Origin: Wolbachia endosymbiont of Cimex lectularius
GTDB lineage: Bacteria > Pseudomonadota > Alphaproteobacteria > Rickettsiales > Anaplasmataceae
Assembly (NCBI RefSeq): GCF_000829315.1
Contig: NZ_AP013028.1
Span: 540,001 to 572,000, forward strand
Reading direction: 5' to 3'
Length of the DNA: 32,000 nucleotides
In this document: one piece after another, positions 18,274 to 27,505 of the stretch
How the letters are laid out: every line of letters begins with the position of its first letter
How positions within the stretch are numbered: the first letter of the stretch is position 1
The notes under the pieces: model-generated
What the model saw: the letters and a program-made list of their open reading frames with translations, nothing else
Databases searched by the model: none
What the model was told of the DNA's origin: nothing
Position numbers and translations under genes: made by a program

Positions 18274-19189
18274 AGAAATGAAGAGCAGTGAATTTTCAAA
18301 TGGTGGAATACCATTTAAACAAAAAACAGAAATGTTGCTTGAAGTGCTGTCTAATATACCCAACTTTGTCGGCGAAACTTTTGTCATCAAATGCAGCAGT
18401 ATGACAATCTCAAACAGAATGCTGCTCAATGCTTTTGTGCACAATGTTGTCTTATTGAAACAGCTTGGTATAAATCCAGTTATAGTTCATGATGGAGAGT
18501 GTGAAATTAATTCTGTATTAAAAACCTTAGGTATGGATAGTAAGTTTGTAAATGATATCAGACTTACAGACAAAGATACCGTGAAAATCATTGAAATGGC
18601 GCTATGTGGTTCAGTTAATAAAAAAATTGTTCAGCATATAAATGCTGCTGGTGGTTCAGCCATTGGGTTATGTGGAAAAGATGGCAGCCTAATAAAAGCT
18701 GAAAAGATAAGCACTACGCTTAGGGAAAATGGATCAAACAATATCGAAAAAATATTAGATATGGGGTTTATCGGAGTACCGACTGAAATTAATCCTGATA
18801 TACTATTTTTTGTTGAGGAGTCAGATTTTATACCAGTTATTGCGCCTATTGGTTATGGAGGAAATGAAGAAACATATCACGTTGATGCAGATAGTACTGC
18901 AAGTGCGATAGCAATTGCAATTTCTGCATCCAAAATGGTGACCTTTAGTGATGCAGATGAAGAAATAGATAAAATTGGTGGTAGAAAGATATCTGTTAAA
19001 AGTTTAAATGCATCAATTAATTGCGGTAAAATTAAAGGAGAAAGGCTTATTGAAAAACTTATAGCGTGTGCCAAAATGGTGGAGGAATGTGCCGGAACTG
19101 CTCATATAGTTAATGGTAGAATACCTAATATCCTGATTGATCTATTTACTGAAGATAATTTGAGTGTATCAATTGTAAATGATTTGTAG
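18248..19189 (+). CDS. argB: Acetylglutamate kinase (ArgB)-like protein with degenerated motifs; ATG at 18278 is an alternative start
   Basis: VVLLKQLGINPVIVH, INAAGGSAIGLCGKDGSLIKAEK, DADSTASAIAIAISASKM, AHIVNGRIPNILIDLFTEDNLSVSIV align with ArgB, but KYGG is KCSS and HGGG is HDGE. Confidence 0.8.
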   Translation: MSFSSLQDKEMKSSEFSNGGIPFKQKTEMLLEVLSNIPNFVGETFVIKCSSMTISNRMLLNAFVHNVVLLKQLGINPVIVHDGECEINSVLKTLGMDSKFVNDIRLTDKDTVKIIEMALCGSVNKKIVQHINAAGGSAIGLCGKDGSLIKAEKISTTLRENGSNNIEKILDMGFIGVPTEINPDILFFVEESDFIPVIAPIGYGGNEETYHVDADSTASAIAIAISASKMVTFSDADEEIDKIGGRKISVKSLNASINCGKIKGERLIEKLIACAKMVEECAGTAHIVNGRIPNILIDLFTEDNLSVSIVNDL

Positions 19190-19240
19190 CTACACTACTT
19201 ATAACTGTAAGAATGTTTAAAGTCTGGAAACAATTTACAT

Positions 19241-19340
19241 AATAGATGATGTCATTCCAGTTCGTGACGCACATCTGTACGAACATTGTGATTTGTGGGT
19301 AATTTGCGTAGCATACCTACTTGGATGACATCATTATAGA
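19241..19340. repeat. ~100 bp inverted-repeat-bounded intergenic element (MITE-like candidate)
   Basis: Left arm aatagatgatgtcattccag and right arm cttggatgacatcattata are near-perfect inverted repeats around ~60 bp, between argB-like and iscS. Confidence 0.5.
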
Positions 19341-19473
19341 ATGAACCAGCGCCATAGCCGGTGCTCCTTCCTCGTTATCCCTATGAACAACGTTTGCATA
19401 TAGGATTTTGTACTTGAGCAAGATTATATCTTGAAAAAATTAAGTTTTAGTGCTATGAAGTACTATAGCTTCT

Positions 19474-20736
19474 ATGCTTATACTGACTATGAATGTAGAA
19501 AATAAGAAAGCACACAGTGCTAAGATAAAATTACCGATATTTCTTGATTATCAGTCTACTACTAAAGTAGATCCTCGTGTTTTAGAGGTGATGATACCTT
19601 ATTTTGGTGAGTTTAGTAATGCACACTCTCGTAGCCATTCATTTGGTTGGGCTGCTGAAGAAGCAGTGGAAAGAGCAAGGAAGCACATTGCCGATCTGGT
19701 AAACGCAGATAGCAAAGAAATTATCTTTACCTCAGGTGCAACCGAGTCAAATAACATGGCAATAAAGGGCGTTGCTCACTTTTATAGGAATAAAGGAGAC
19801 CATATAATAACTGTTTGCACGGAGCATAAATGCGTTTTGGATTCTTGTCGATATCTGGAGAATGAAGGCTTTAAAGTTACATATCTGTCTGTTAAGCAAA
19901 ATGGAATTATAGATTTGTCGAAACTCGAAGAAGCAATCACTGATAGAACAATTCTGGTTTCAGTGATGATGGCAAATAATGAAATCGGAGTAGTGCAACC
20001 TGTCAAGGAAATTGGTGCAATATGTAGGAAGCATAATATATTTTTCCACACAGATGCTGCTCAAAGCTTTGGAAAAGTACCGATCGATGTTAATGAAATG
20101 AACATTGATCTCATGAGCCTTTCTAGCCACAAAATTTATGGACCAATGGGAATGGGTGCATTATATGTCCGGAGAAAGAATCCTCGTGTTAGGCTGACAC
20201 CACTGATTAGTGGTGGTGGACAGGAGAGAGGTATGCGCTCCGGAACAGTTCCAACTCCTCTTGCAGTTGGTTTTGGTGAAGCAGCACGTATTGCTAAAGA
20301 AGAAATGGAAACAGAAGCAACCAAGTTGGAAGAACTGAGAGATATTTTGTACAGCAAGATAAAAGAAACATTTCCTGATGTTGTTTTAAATGGTGATTAT
20401 GAAAATAGAATTCCTGGCAACCTAAACTTAAGTTTTCCCTACGTTGAGGGCGAATCTCTCATCATGGCAATCAAGGATTTGGCGGTAAGTTCCGGTTCTG
20501 CGTGCACATCTGCATCTCTTGAACCTTCCTATGTCATAAGATCACTAAACAATGGCCATGACCTTGAGCATTCATCAATTAGATTTGGCCTTGGCCGATT
20601 TACCACTAAAGATGAAGTTTTATATGCAGCAGATCTTATTGCTAAAAATGTTGGGCGACTGAGAGAAATGAGCCCACTTTGGGAAATGGTGCAAGAAGGA
20701 GTAGATTTAAACACCGTGAAATGGGACTCTCATTAG
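19474..20736 (+). CDS. iscS: Cysteine desulfurase IscS
   Basis: [68 protein letters not shown]. Confidence 0.96.
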   Translation: MLILTMNVENKKAHSAKIKLPIFLDYQSTTKVDPRVLEVMIPYFGEFSNAHSRSHSFGWAAEEAVERARKHIADLVNADSKEIIFTSGATESNNMAIKGVAHFYRNKGDHIITVCTEHKCVLDSCRYLENEGFKVTYLSVKQNGIIDLSKLEEAITDRTILVSVMMANNEIGVVQPVKEIGAICRKHNIFFHTDAAQSFGKVPIDVNEMNIDLMSLSSHKIYGPMGMGALYVRRKNPRVRLTPLISGGGQERGMRSGTVPTPLAVGFGEAARIAKEEMETEATKLEELRDILYSKIKETFPDVVLNGDYENRIPGNLNLSFPYVEGESLIMAIKDLAVSSGSACTSASLEPSYVIRSLNNGHDLEHSSIRFGLGRFTTKDEVLYAADLIAKNVGRLREMSPLWEMVQEGVDLNTVKWDSH

Positions 20737-21099
20737 ATCTCCTGCATAACCTGCTTTCTGATTTTGCGTCAACAATTTGCTCGTGCTTCTCCCAAGTATT
20801 CTGCGGTGCTCATCTGCGTTTTTCCTCAAAATTTTTTACCATAAATTGGTCATAAAAGAGATCTACTTTTTCGTTGACTTACCTATATTCTATAATCAGC
20901 ATAGAATATATAAGTAAATAATGGTTATCAATATGACTTATGGAATGCACAGTAGGCAAGAGCTTTATTCAAAATGTCTAGAAGCTGATTATTGGACAAA
21001 CGAAAGTGAGGAGTATGTTTTATGTGGCCCTTTATCTTTTTTAGAACCTGTTTAAAATCTTGGAAATGTGAGGTAAAGTAAGCATAGATTAATAATGAG

Positions 21100-21420
21100 G
21101 TGTCTATGCAGAAAAGTTATCCAAGTAATATAAGTCAAGAGCAGTTTGAAAAAATCAGGCCAATTTTGGAGAGTAGCAAGCAGAAAACAAAACCAAGAAA
21201 ACTTGATTTGTATGACGTATTTTGTGGGGTGTTGTACGTCTTAAAAAGTGGTTGTCAGTGGAGGATGTTACCAAAGGGTTTTCCAAGATGGGAAAGCGTA
21301 TATTACTATTTTCGAGTGTGGAGTAAAAAGAATGGAGAAGAGCCAAGCTTGTTGGAATTAGTCTTAAAAAAAATTAGTTGGAGAGGTCCGTATCAGCAAT
21401 GGTCGGAAAGAGAAAACTAG
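21100..21420 (+). CDS. IS5-family transposase, N-terminal ORF (orfA)
   Basis: Same 106 aa protein as copies 1 and 2. Confidence 0.92.
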   Translation: MSMQKSYPSNISQEQFEKIRPILESSKQKTKPRKLDLYDVFCGVLYVLKSGCQWRMLPKGFPRWESVYYYFRVWSKKNGEEPSLLELVLKKISWRGPYQQWSEREN

Positions 21421-21431
21421 CTTTTGTATAA

Positions 21432-21896
21432 TTGATTCTCAAAGCGTTAAAAACGCAGATACTGCTGAAAAAAAAAGGCTATGATGCAGGTAAAAAGATT
21501 TCAGGGATAAAGCGCCATATTGCAGTTGATACACAAGGTTTGCCACATGCAATTTATGTAACAACGGCAGAAGCAACTGACCGTAGCAGTGCTGTGAAAA
21601 TGGTCGAAAATGCTAAAGCAAACCTCTCTGAAGTTAAAAACATACTGGTTGATGCTGGCTACACAGGAGAAAATTTTGCAACACAAATAAAAGCTATCAT
21701 TGGTGCGACTGTTGAAGTAATAAAGCGAAGTGAGTTACACACTTTCGTCGTATTGCCAAAAAGATGGGTTGTTGAACGCTCTTTTGCCTGGTTAGAAAAG
21801 TGCAGGCGATTGTGGAAAAATTGCGAGCGGAAGCTCAACACTAGCTTACAGATGATAGTCCTCTCCTTCATTTCTCTCCTGTTACGAAGATTTTAA
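21432..21896 (+). CDS. IS5-family transposase, C-terminal ORF (orfB); upstream part out of frame because of one extra A
   Basis: KKKGYDAGKKISGIKRHIAVDTQGLPHAIYVTT...; first 12 residues (MILKALKTQILL) come from the wrong frame of the IDSQSVKNADTAE region. Confidence 0.88.
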   Translation: MILKALKTQILLKKKGYDAGKKISGIKRHIAVDTQGLPHAIYVTTAEATDRSSAVKMVENAKANLSEVKNILVDAGYTGENFATQIKAIIGATVEVIKRSELHTFVVLPKRWVVERSFAWLEKCRRLWKNCERKLNTSLQMIVLSFISLLLRRF

Positions 21897-21904
21897 ACAG
21901 GTTC

Positions 21905-22138
21905 TTATAACATTGGCGTTTTTGATGTCTTAAACGACTTATAAGCGCGTTTGAGCTTGTATAGGTAAAAAACCAGAAATTTTAAAAAGACATAAGGTGC
22001 ACATAGTGCAAAAAATTAAACATGAAACGCCAAATATGCTAAGTTTTTTTGTCGTTTAATCTGCACAGACTGAAGATAAATAATAGCTTTAGTCTCATTA
22101 TAAGGGTAATGGCGTAGGTTGTCAAGTAGTTTTTTTGT
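21905..22138 (-). repeat. Dispersed non-coding repeat, locus 3 (inverted relative to loci 1 and 2)
   Basis: Reverse complement aaaaaaactacttgacaacctacgccattacccttataatgagactaaagctattatttatcttcagtctgtgcag...ttgcactatgtgcac...aaaacgccaatgttataa matches locus 1. Confidence 0.85.
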
Positions 22139-22143
22139 TTCAT

Positions 22144-23505
22144 TTAAACTGCTTGCAACCTTCTTATACACTCATCTTTACCAAGGATTACCATTATATC
22201 GATAATTCCAGGTGCATCCATTATCCCAGTTATTGGGGCCCGTAATGAGTGATAAACATCGCTTATTTTCACATTATGCAATTTTGAAAATTCCTTGATC
22301 TGAGAGGACAAAAAGCTCTTATTCCAGTTTTCATCACCGATATTTGAGAGAAATGATGCAAGTAACTTGATTATATCGAGGTTAGATTTGACGATTTGCT
22401 CAGCCTCCTCGCTTAAATCAAGTGGCGGGTCTTTGATATAAAACTGCGCTAAATCGAGCAGTTCGGTCAGGTAGTTTGCTCTTTTTTTTAGTTCCGTTAG
22501 TCCCTGCAGTAGATAGTTCTTTTTCTTCTTATCTGGAGTACTTTCTCCAAGCATTAGAGGCAGAATATCTTCATTGCTCATGTTGTTAATATAATGGTTA
22601 TTCAAATGCTCCAATTTTTTAAAATCAAGCCGTGCAGGCGAACGACCGATGTTTTCTAAATTAAACCACTCCATCGCTTGCTCATTGCTAATAATCTCGT
22701 CATTACCATGACTCCAGCCAAGTCTGAGCAGGTAGTTACGCATCGCCTCTGGCAATATTCCCATCTTCTCGTAATCGCAAACACTTGCAGCGCCGTGCCT
22801 TTTGGACAGCTTATTCTCATCCTCTCCATGGATAAGCGGTACATGCGCAAAACGTGGAATATCAAAATCAAGGGCCTGGTATATTAGTAATTGCTTAAAA
22901 GTATTGGTGAGATGGTCAGAACCACGTATTATATCAGTTATTCCGGCATCATGATCATCAACCACCACTGCAAAAATATATGTTGGAGTGTTGTCAGAGC
23001 GTAAGATCACTATATCATCAAGCTGCTCGCTATTTACTTTAATTTGGCCGTATATTTTATCGTCAACAACGATATCTTGCGAGTCTGGCACTTTAAAGCG
23101 GACAACAGGTTTTACGCTTGGTGTTACATTAGTACACTTATGCTTGTATATCTTTCCTTCTTCTCTTACTTTTGCCTTTTTCTCTGCAACTTCATCCTTA
23201 GGGCAATAACAGTGATATGCCTTACCTTTCTCAACTAAAAGATTTGCAACTTCAATGTGTCGCTCTATTCTTTTTGATTGGTATATTATTTCTCCATCAT
23301 AGCTTACACCAAGCCATTTCAGCCCATCTATTATCGCATCGATTGCCTCCTGTGTTGAACGTTTTCTGTCAGTGTCCTCAATCCTCAGCAAAAATTTTCC
23401 GCGATGATGCTTTGCATAGAGCCAATTAAATAAAGCAGTACGAGCTCCACCAATATGCAAAAACCCCGTTGGCGATGGAGCAAATCTAGTGACTACACCT
23501 GACAT
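22144..23505 (-). CDS. gltX: Glutamyl-tRNA synthetase
   Basis: TRFAPSPTGFLHIGGARTALFNWLYAKHHRGKFLLRIEDTDRKRS (HIGH) and NKLSKRHGAASV (KMSKS-like). Confidence 0.97.
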   Translation of the reverse strand: MSGVVTRFAPSPTGFLHIGGARTALFNWLYAKHHRGKFLLRIEDTDRKRSTQEAIDAIIDGLKWLGVSYDGEIIYQSKRIERHIEVANLLVEKGKAYHCYCPKDEVAEKKAKVREEGKIYKHKCTNVTPSVKPVVRFKVPDSQDIVVDDKIYGQIKVNSEQLDDIVILRSDNTPTYIFAVVVDDHDAGITDIIRGSDHLTNTFKQLLIYQALDFDIPRFAHVPLIHGEDENKLSKRHGAASVCDYEKMGILPEAMRNYLLRLGWSHGNDEIISNEQAMEWFNLENIGRSPARLDFKKLEHLNNHYINNMSNEDILPLMLGESTPDKKKKNYLLQGLTELKKRANYLTELLDLAQFYIKDPPLDLSEEAEQIVKSNLDIIKLLASFLSNIGDENWNKSFLSSQIKEFSKLHNVKISDVYHSLRAPITGIMDAPGIIDIMVILGKDECIRRLQAV

Positions 23506-23665
23506 ATTCGTTTGTTACAGTAATGTAAACGATGATAGCTAAAATTTATGCTTGCAACAATGTGGAATTACTGTAAATTACTGATCCTATGAAGATAAAA
23601 TTGTGTTTATTTTTCATAATTTATGTTATATGATTTAAAGTTGGTTAAATATAGCGGGGTATGTT

Positions 23666-24397
23666 ATGGACAAGCTTAAATATATAGAAGATCTGCTTTC
23701 AAGTAATAAAGGTGAACTTGATTGGTGTTACAGAGGTCCATCTGATAAGGCAAAACTAATAGCGAATGGAGACAATCTTTTGCATCTAGCTGCAAAGACA
23801 AGAAATGTTGAAGTTTTCTTATCTATTTTCAAGAAAAGTGTTGAACATGATGTACGTTTGTTAGAATACAATAGATATCATGAAAATCCATTTCATGTAG
23901 CAGCGGAAATGAGGATATTACCGGATGTGGTAAAGGGAATATTTAAGTATTTGGAGTCTGAACAAACTAACCCAAATAGTGATTCGAAAAAATTGGAAAA
24001 CTTCAAAAGTTACGTTAGAAGTGCGTTAGGTAACAGATGTGCGTTAAATATCCACAAAATGACTCCTCTTGATATGGTCAGTAAGGAAGTTAAGAAGGAA
24101 GTAAGAGAAATTGCAGGTATAAAAGAAAGTCTTATATGTAATAAGAAATTCCGCCTATGTTTATATATAGTAGGAGCTATAGCATGCGTTGCTGCTTTGT
24201 GTCTTTCTCTATATTTTCTGTATTTGTGTTCTCAAAATCTTGCGTTAGGTTCGATAGCTGGGATAGCTTCTGGTGGATTTGGATATCTGGCAGGCAAGGC
24301 ATGTGGTGAAATATACGACTTGAATAACGTAGACACTCTGATGGAAGGTATTAGTGCTAAGGACGCTGCAAAAATAGCAGCACAAGTCAATGCATAA
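23666..24397 (+). CDS. Ankyrin-repeat-like protein with C-terminal hydrophobic segments
   Basis: NGDNLLHLAAKTRNVEVFLSIFKK and YHENPFHVAAEMRILPDVVKGIFKYL are ankyrin-like; VGAIACVAALCLSLYFLYL and LALGSIAGIASGGFGYLAG are hydrophobic. Confidence 0.75.
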   Translation: MDKLKYIEDLLSSNKGELDWCYRGPSDKAKLIANGDNLLHLAAKTRNVEVFLSIFKKSVEHDVRLLEYNRYHENPFHVAAEMRILPDVVKGIFKYLESEQTNPNSDSKKLENFKSYVRSALGNRCALNIHKMTPLDMVSKEVKKEVREIAGIKESLICNKKFRLCLYIVGAIACVAALCLSLYFLYLCSQNLALGSIAGIASGGFGYLAGKACGEIYDLNNVDTLMEGISAKDAAKIAAQVNA

Positions 24398-24434
24398 AGA
24401 GATAAAATCACTTGCAGGCAATGATATAGAAATG

Positions 24435-24465
24435 TACTTTCTTAAGAGTGATTCTTAAGAAAGTA
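24435..24465. promoter_or_regulatory. Perfect 12-bp hairpin just upstream of pccA
   Basis: TACTTTCTTAAG-agtgatt-CTTAAGAAAGTA, ending 10 nt before the ATG at 24476. Confidence 0.6.
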
Positions 24466-24475
24466 TACTTACACA

Positions 24476-26464
24476 ATGACAGAAAAGAGGTATAGTAAGA
24501 TTTTAATAGCAAACAGAGGGGAAATTGCCTGTAGGATCATCAGAACTGCTCGCAGAATGGGCATATCTTGCATGTGCGTGTACTCGGATGCAGATATAAA
24601 TTCTGTGCATGTAAGACAAGCGGATGAGTCAAGGCACATTGGCCCTTCGCCTGCTTATCTCAGTTACTTAAACATTGAAAAAATATGTGAAGTAGCAGCT
24701 GAAACCGGTGCACAGGCAGTTCATCCTGGTTATGGCTTTTTAGCAGAAAATCCAGATTTTCCACGTGCTCTGCAAAAACACAATATAGATTTCATCGGCC
24801 CAAGTGCAGAAACAATAGAAGTTACAGCAAATAAAATAACAGCAAAGGAATCCGCAAGAAAAGCTGGAGTGAATGTAGTGCCAGGATACATGGGCAAGAT
24901 CAACGATGCTGCTCATGCAGCCAGTGTTGCTGAGGAGATTGGTTTTCCCGTTATGCTGAAAGCTGCATCAGGCGGTGGTGGTAAAGGCATGCGAATTGTA
25001 AACTCCAAAAAGGAAATTGAACTAGCATTTACATCAGCAACAAACGAAGCAGAGAAGAGTTTTAAGGATGGCAGTATCTTTATAGAAAAATATATAGAGT
25101 TACTGCGGCACATCGAAATACAAATCATAGCAGATAAATATGGCAATGTAGTGTGTCTTGGAGAGAGGGAATGTTCAGTACAAAGAAATAATCAGAAGAT
25201 AATAGAAGAAACGCCAAGCCCGTTTATCAGTGAGAAGGTAAGACAAGAAATGTATACCCAATGTGTTTCTTTGGCAAAGCAAGTTGGCTATTTTTCAGCA
25301 GGCACTGTTGAGTTTGTTGTAGATCAGAGCCAGAACTTCTATTTTCTTGAGGTAAATACGAGATTGCAAGTTGAGCATCCAGTAACAGAATTTGTAACTG
25401 GAATAGACATAGTAGAAGAAATGATTAGAACTTCCTGTGGAGAAAAATTAAGGTTCAGTCAGAATGATATTAAACTTGCTGGTTCTGCAATAGAAAGCAG
25501 AATTTGTGCTGAAGATCCATCAAAGAAATTTTTCTCTTCCAGCGGAAGAATAAAATATTACGACAAACCAAATGAAAGCGATTATGTCAGAATAGATGAT
25601 GGAGTTGTTGCAGGTTCGGAAATCAGCATGTTTTATGATTCGATGATTGCAAAAGTGGTGACATATGGAAAAGATAGAATAGAAGCAATCAGCAGAATGC
25701 AAAAAGCTTTGTCTGAATGTTATATAGGGGGAGTGACAAACAATATAGAATTTCTAGAGTCCATCTTTCATCATCCAAATTTTGTTGCAGCAAAACTCCA
25801 CACGAGATTCATTCCAGACCATTACCCAAGTGGATTTCACGGCGATTTTATTACAGAAGAGTATATTAAAATATTTATTTTCGCTACGTTATATGTTCAT
25901 TTGGGAAACGAGAAGAGGTATTACAATAAATCAATAGATGAAGCGCTTGTAGTGAAAATAAATGACAATGAGTACCCTGTAAACGTAAAGTATCAAGATA
26001 ATACATTAACAACAATATACAATCATAATGAATGTTCTATAAGTGGTAAGTGGAAATCAAGTTACAGGTTGCTATGTATCACAATTAACGATGGTACCGA
26101 TGTAACACTTAAAGTAGAAAGACAAGGCAGTAAACACTTTATAAAACATGCTGGGATGCAAGCTGAGTGCTGTGTATTTAAACCTCATGTGGCTAAATTA
26201 AGTGAGTTAATGCTAAATAATGAAACAGAGGGGATCTCAGTAGATGCCGTAAAATCTCCAATATCTGGTTTATTAGTTAAATTACACGTAAATGTTGGGG
26301 ATCAGGTAGAGGTAGGGCAACCTTTATTTGTTATAGAAGCGATGAAAATGGAAAATATCATATGCGCTGAATCAGAAATGGTAATAAAAAATATTCCCGT
26401 TCAAGAAGGAAAAAATATACAGGCTGGTGATGTGGTATTAGCTTTGTATACAGCTCTTTCTTAA
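24476..26464 (+). CDS. pccA: Acetyl/propionyl-CoA carboxylase alpha subunit (biotin carboxylase plus biotin carrier domain)
   Basis: [50 protein letters not shown]-terminal VIEAMKMEN biotinylation motif. Confidence 0.95.
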   Translation: MTEKRYSKILIANRGEIACRIIRTARRMGISCMCVYSDADINSVHVRQADESRHIGPSPAYLSYLNIEKICEVAAETGAQAVHPGYGFLAENPDFPRALQKHNIDFIGPSAETIEVTANKITAKESARKAGVNVVPGYMGKINDAAHAASVAEEIGFPVMLKAASGGGGKGMRIVNSKKEIELAFTSATNEAEKSFKDGSIFIEKYIELLRHIEIQIIADKYGNVVCLGERECSVQRNNQKIIEETPSPFISEKVRQEMYTQCVSLAKQVGYFSAGTVEFVVDQSQNFYFLEVNTRLQVEHPVTEFVTGIDIVEEMIRTSCGEKLRFSQNDIKLAGSAIESRICAEDPSKKFFSSSGRIKYYDKPNESDYVRIDDGVVAGSEISMFYDSMIAKVVTYGKDRIEAISRMQKALSECYIGGVTNNIEFLESIFHHPNFVAAKLHTRFIPDHYPSGFHGDFITEEYIKIFIFATLYVHLGNEKRYYNKSIDEALVVKINDNEYPVNVKYQDNTLTTIYNHNECSISGKWKSSYRLLCITINDGTDVTLKVERQGSKHFIKHAGMQAECCVFKPHVAKLSELMLNNETEGISVDAVKSPISGLLVKLHVNVGDQVEVGQPLFVIEAMKMENIICAESEMVIKNIPVQEGKNIQAGDVVLALYTALS

Positions 26465-27505
26465 ATAACATAAGAAATATAAACCTGATCCAAATGAGAT
26501 GAATGAAAACACTTGGTGAGCTATAGCAATGGCTATTGGTATGTGCAGCAATAAAGTAATTACTCCTAAAATTACCTGAGTTAGGACAGAGAACAGCATG
26601 ACATATACCGGTTTTACACCGGCGTTTTTTATTGTGAGTATTACTGTCAGAACTAATATCAGCAATGCCAGTACTCGGTGTATGAATTGCACTGTTGCTC
26701 TGTTCTCAAAGATATTTAGCCATGTAGGCTGTAAAAAAAATAAATCTTCCGGAATGATATATCCGTCCATTAGTAGAAAGGTATTGTAAATTAAGCCAGC
26801 ATTTAATCCTGCAACAAACGTCCCGAAAGTTATTTGTATTACAATTAGAGCTAAGATTGTTCCTGTGTAATGTATAGTGTTGCCGCTAATCTTAAGTTTA
26901 GTCTGCTTTGGCCTGATTTGATAATCAAAAAATTGGTACGACAATAATGCAAAAATAGCCAATGCTAGCAGTAGGTGAAGTGCAAGCCTATAGTGGCTAA
27001 CATGAGGTTCAGCTATCAGACCACTTTTAACCATATACCAACCAGCGAGAGCTTGTAACGCTCCAAATAATAGTGCTATAGATAGCCTTACTACTGCCTT
27101 CTTAGTTATTCTTTTTCTAAGTATAAAGTATACAAACGGTAGGATGAAAACTAAACCTGTTAGCCTTGCAACCAATCTATGTACATATTCTATTAAATAT
27201 ATAGTGCGAAACTCCTCCATACTCATCCCATAATTAAATGTTTTATATTCAGGCGTAGTCTCATATTTCGATTTTTCTTGTAGCCAGTCTTGCTCACTCA
27301 GTGGTGGTAATGCTCCAGTAATGGGTTTCCACTCTGTGATAGACAATCCTGCTTTTGAAAGTCTGGTAAACCCGCCAATTCCTACCATAAGGATTACCAT
27401 GACAGAGCAAAGGAAGAGCCAAATAACTACGGATTTTGATTGCTTTTGTTCCATAAACCATGCTGAGTTTTGTTCCATCGCTGAGGATGAATGATAAATT
27501 CCCAC
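26438..27505 (-). CDS. ctaA: Heme A synthase (COX15/CtaA type 2)
   Basis: [62 protein letters not shown]; multiple hydrophobic segments. Confidence 0.94.
   Translation of the reverse strand: MGIYHSSSAMEQNSAWFMEQKQSKSVVIWLFLCSVMVILMVGIGGFTRLSKAGLSITEWKPITGALPPLSEQDWLQEKSKYETTPEYKTFNYGMSMEEFRTIYLIEYVHRLVARLTGLVFILPFVYFILRKRITKKAVVRLSIALLFGALQALAGWYMVKSGLIAEPHVSHYRLALHLLLALAIFALLSYQFFDYQIRPKQTKLKISGNTIHYTGTILALIVIQITFGTFVAGLNAGLIYNTFLLMDGYIIPEDLFFLQPTWLNIFENRATVQFIHRVLALLILVLTVILTIKNAGVKPVYVMLFSVLTQVILGVITLLLHIPIAIAIAHQVFSFISFGSGLYFLCYLRKSCIQS

Larger units (their letters stand above)
21044..21904 (+). mobile_element. IS5-family insertion sequence, copy 3 (861 bp)
   Basis: GAACCTGTTTAAAATCTT...AAGATTTTAAACAGGTTC ends, TTA direct repeats 21041..21043 and 21905..21907; opposite orientation to copies 1 and 2. 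Confidence 0.95.

Noticed and set aside
24913-25146. Antisense ORFs within pccA, gltX, cysS, prfA, murF and atp genes
   Set aside because: All overlap strongly recognised coding sequence on the other strand and show no independent motif.
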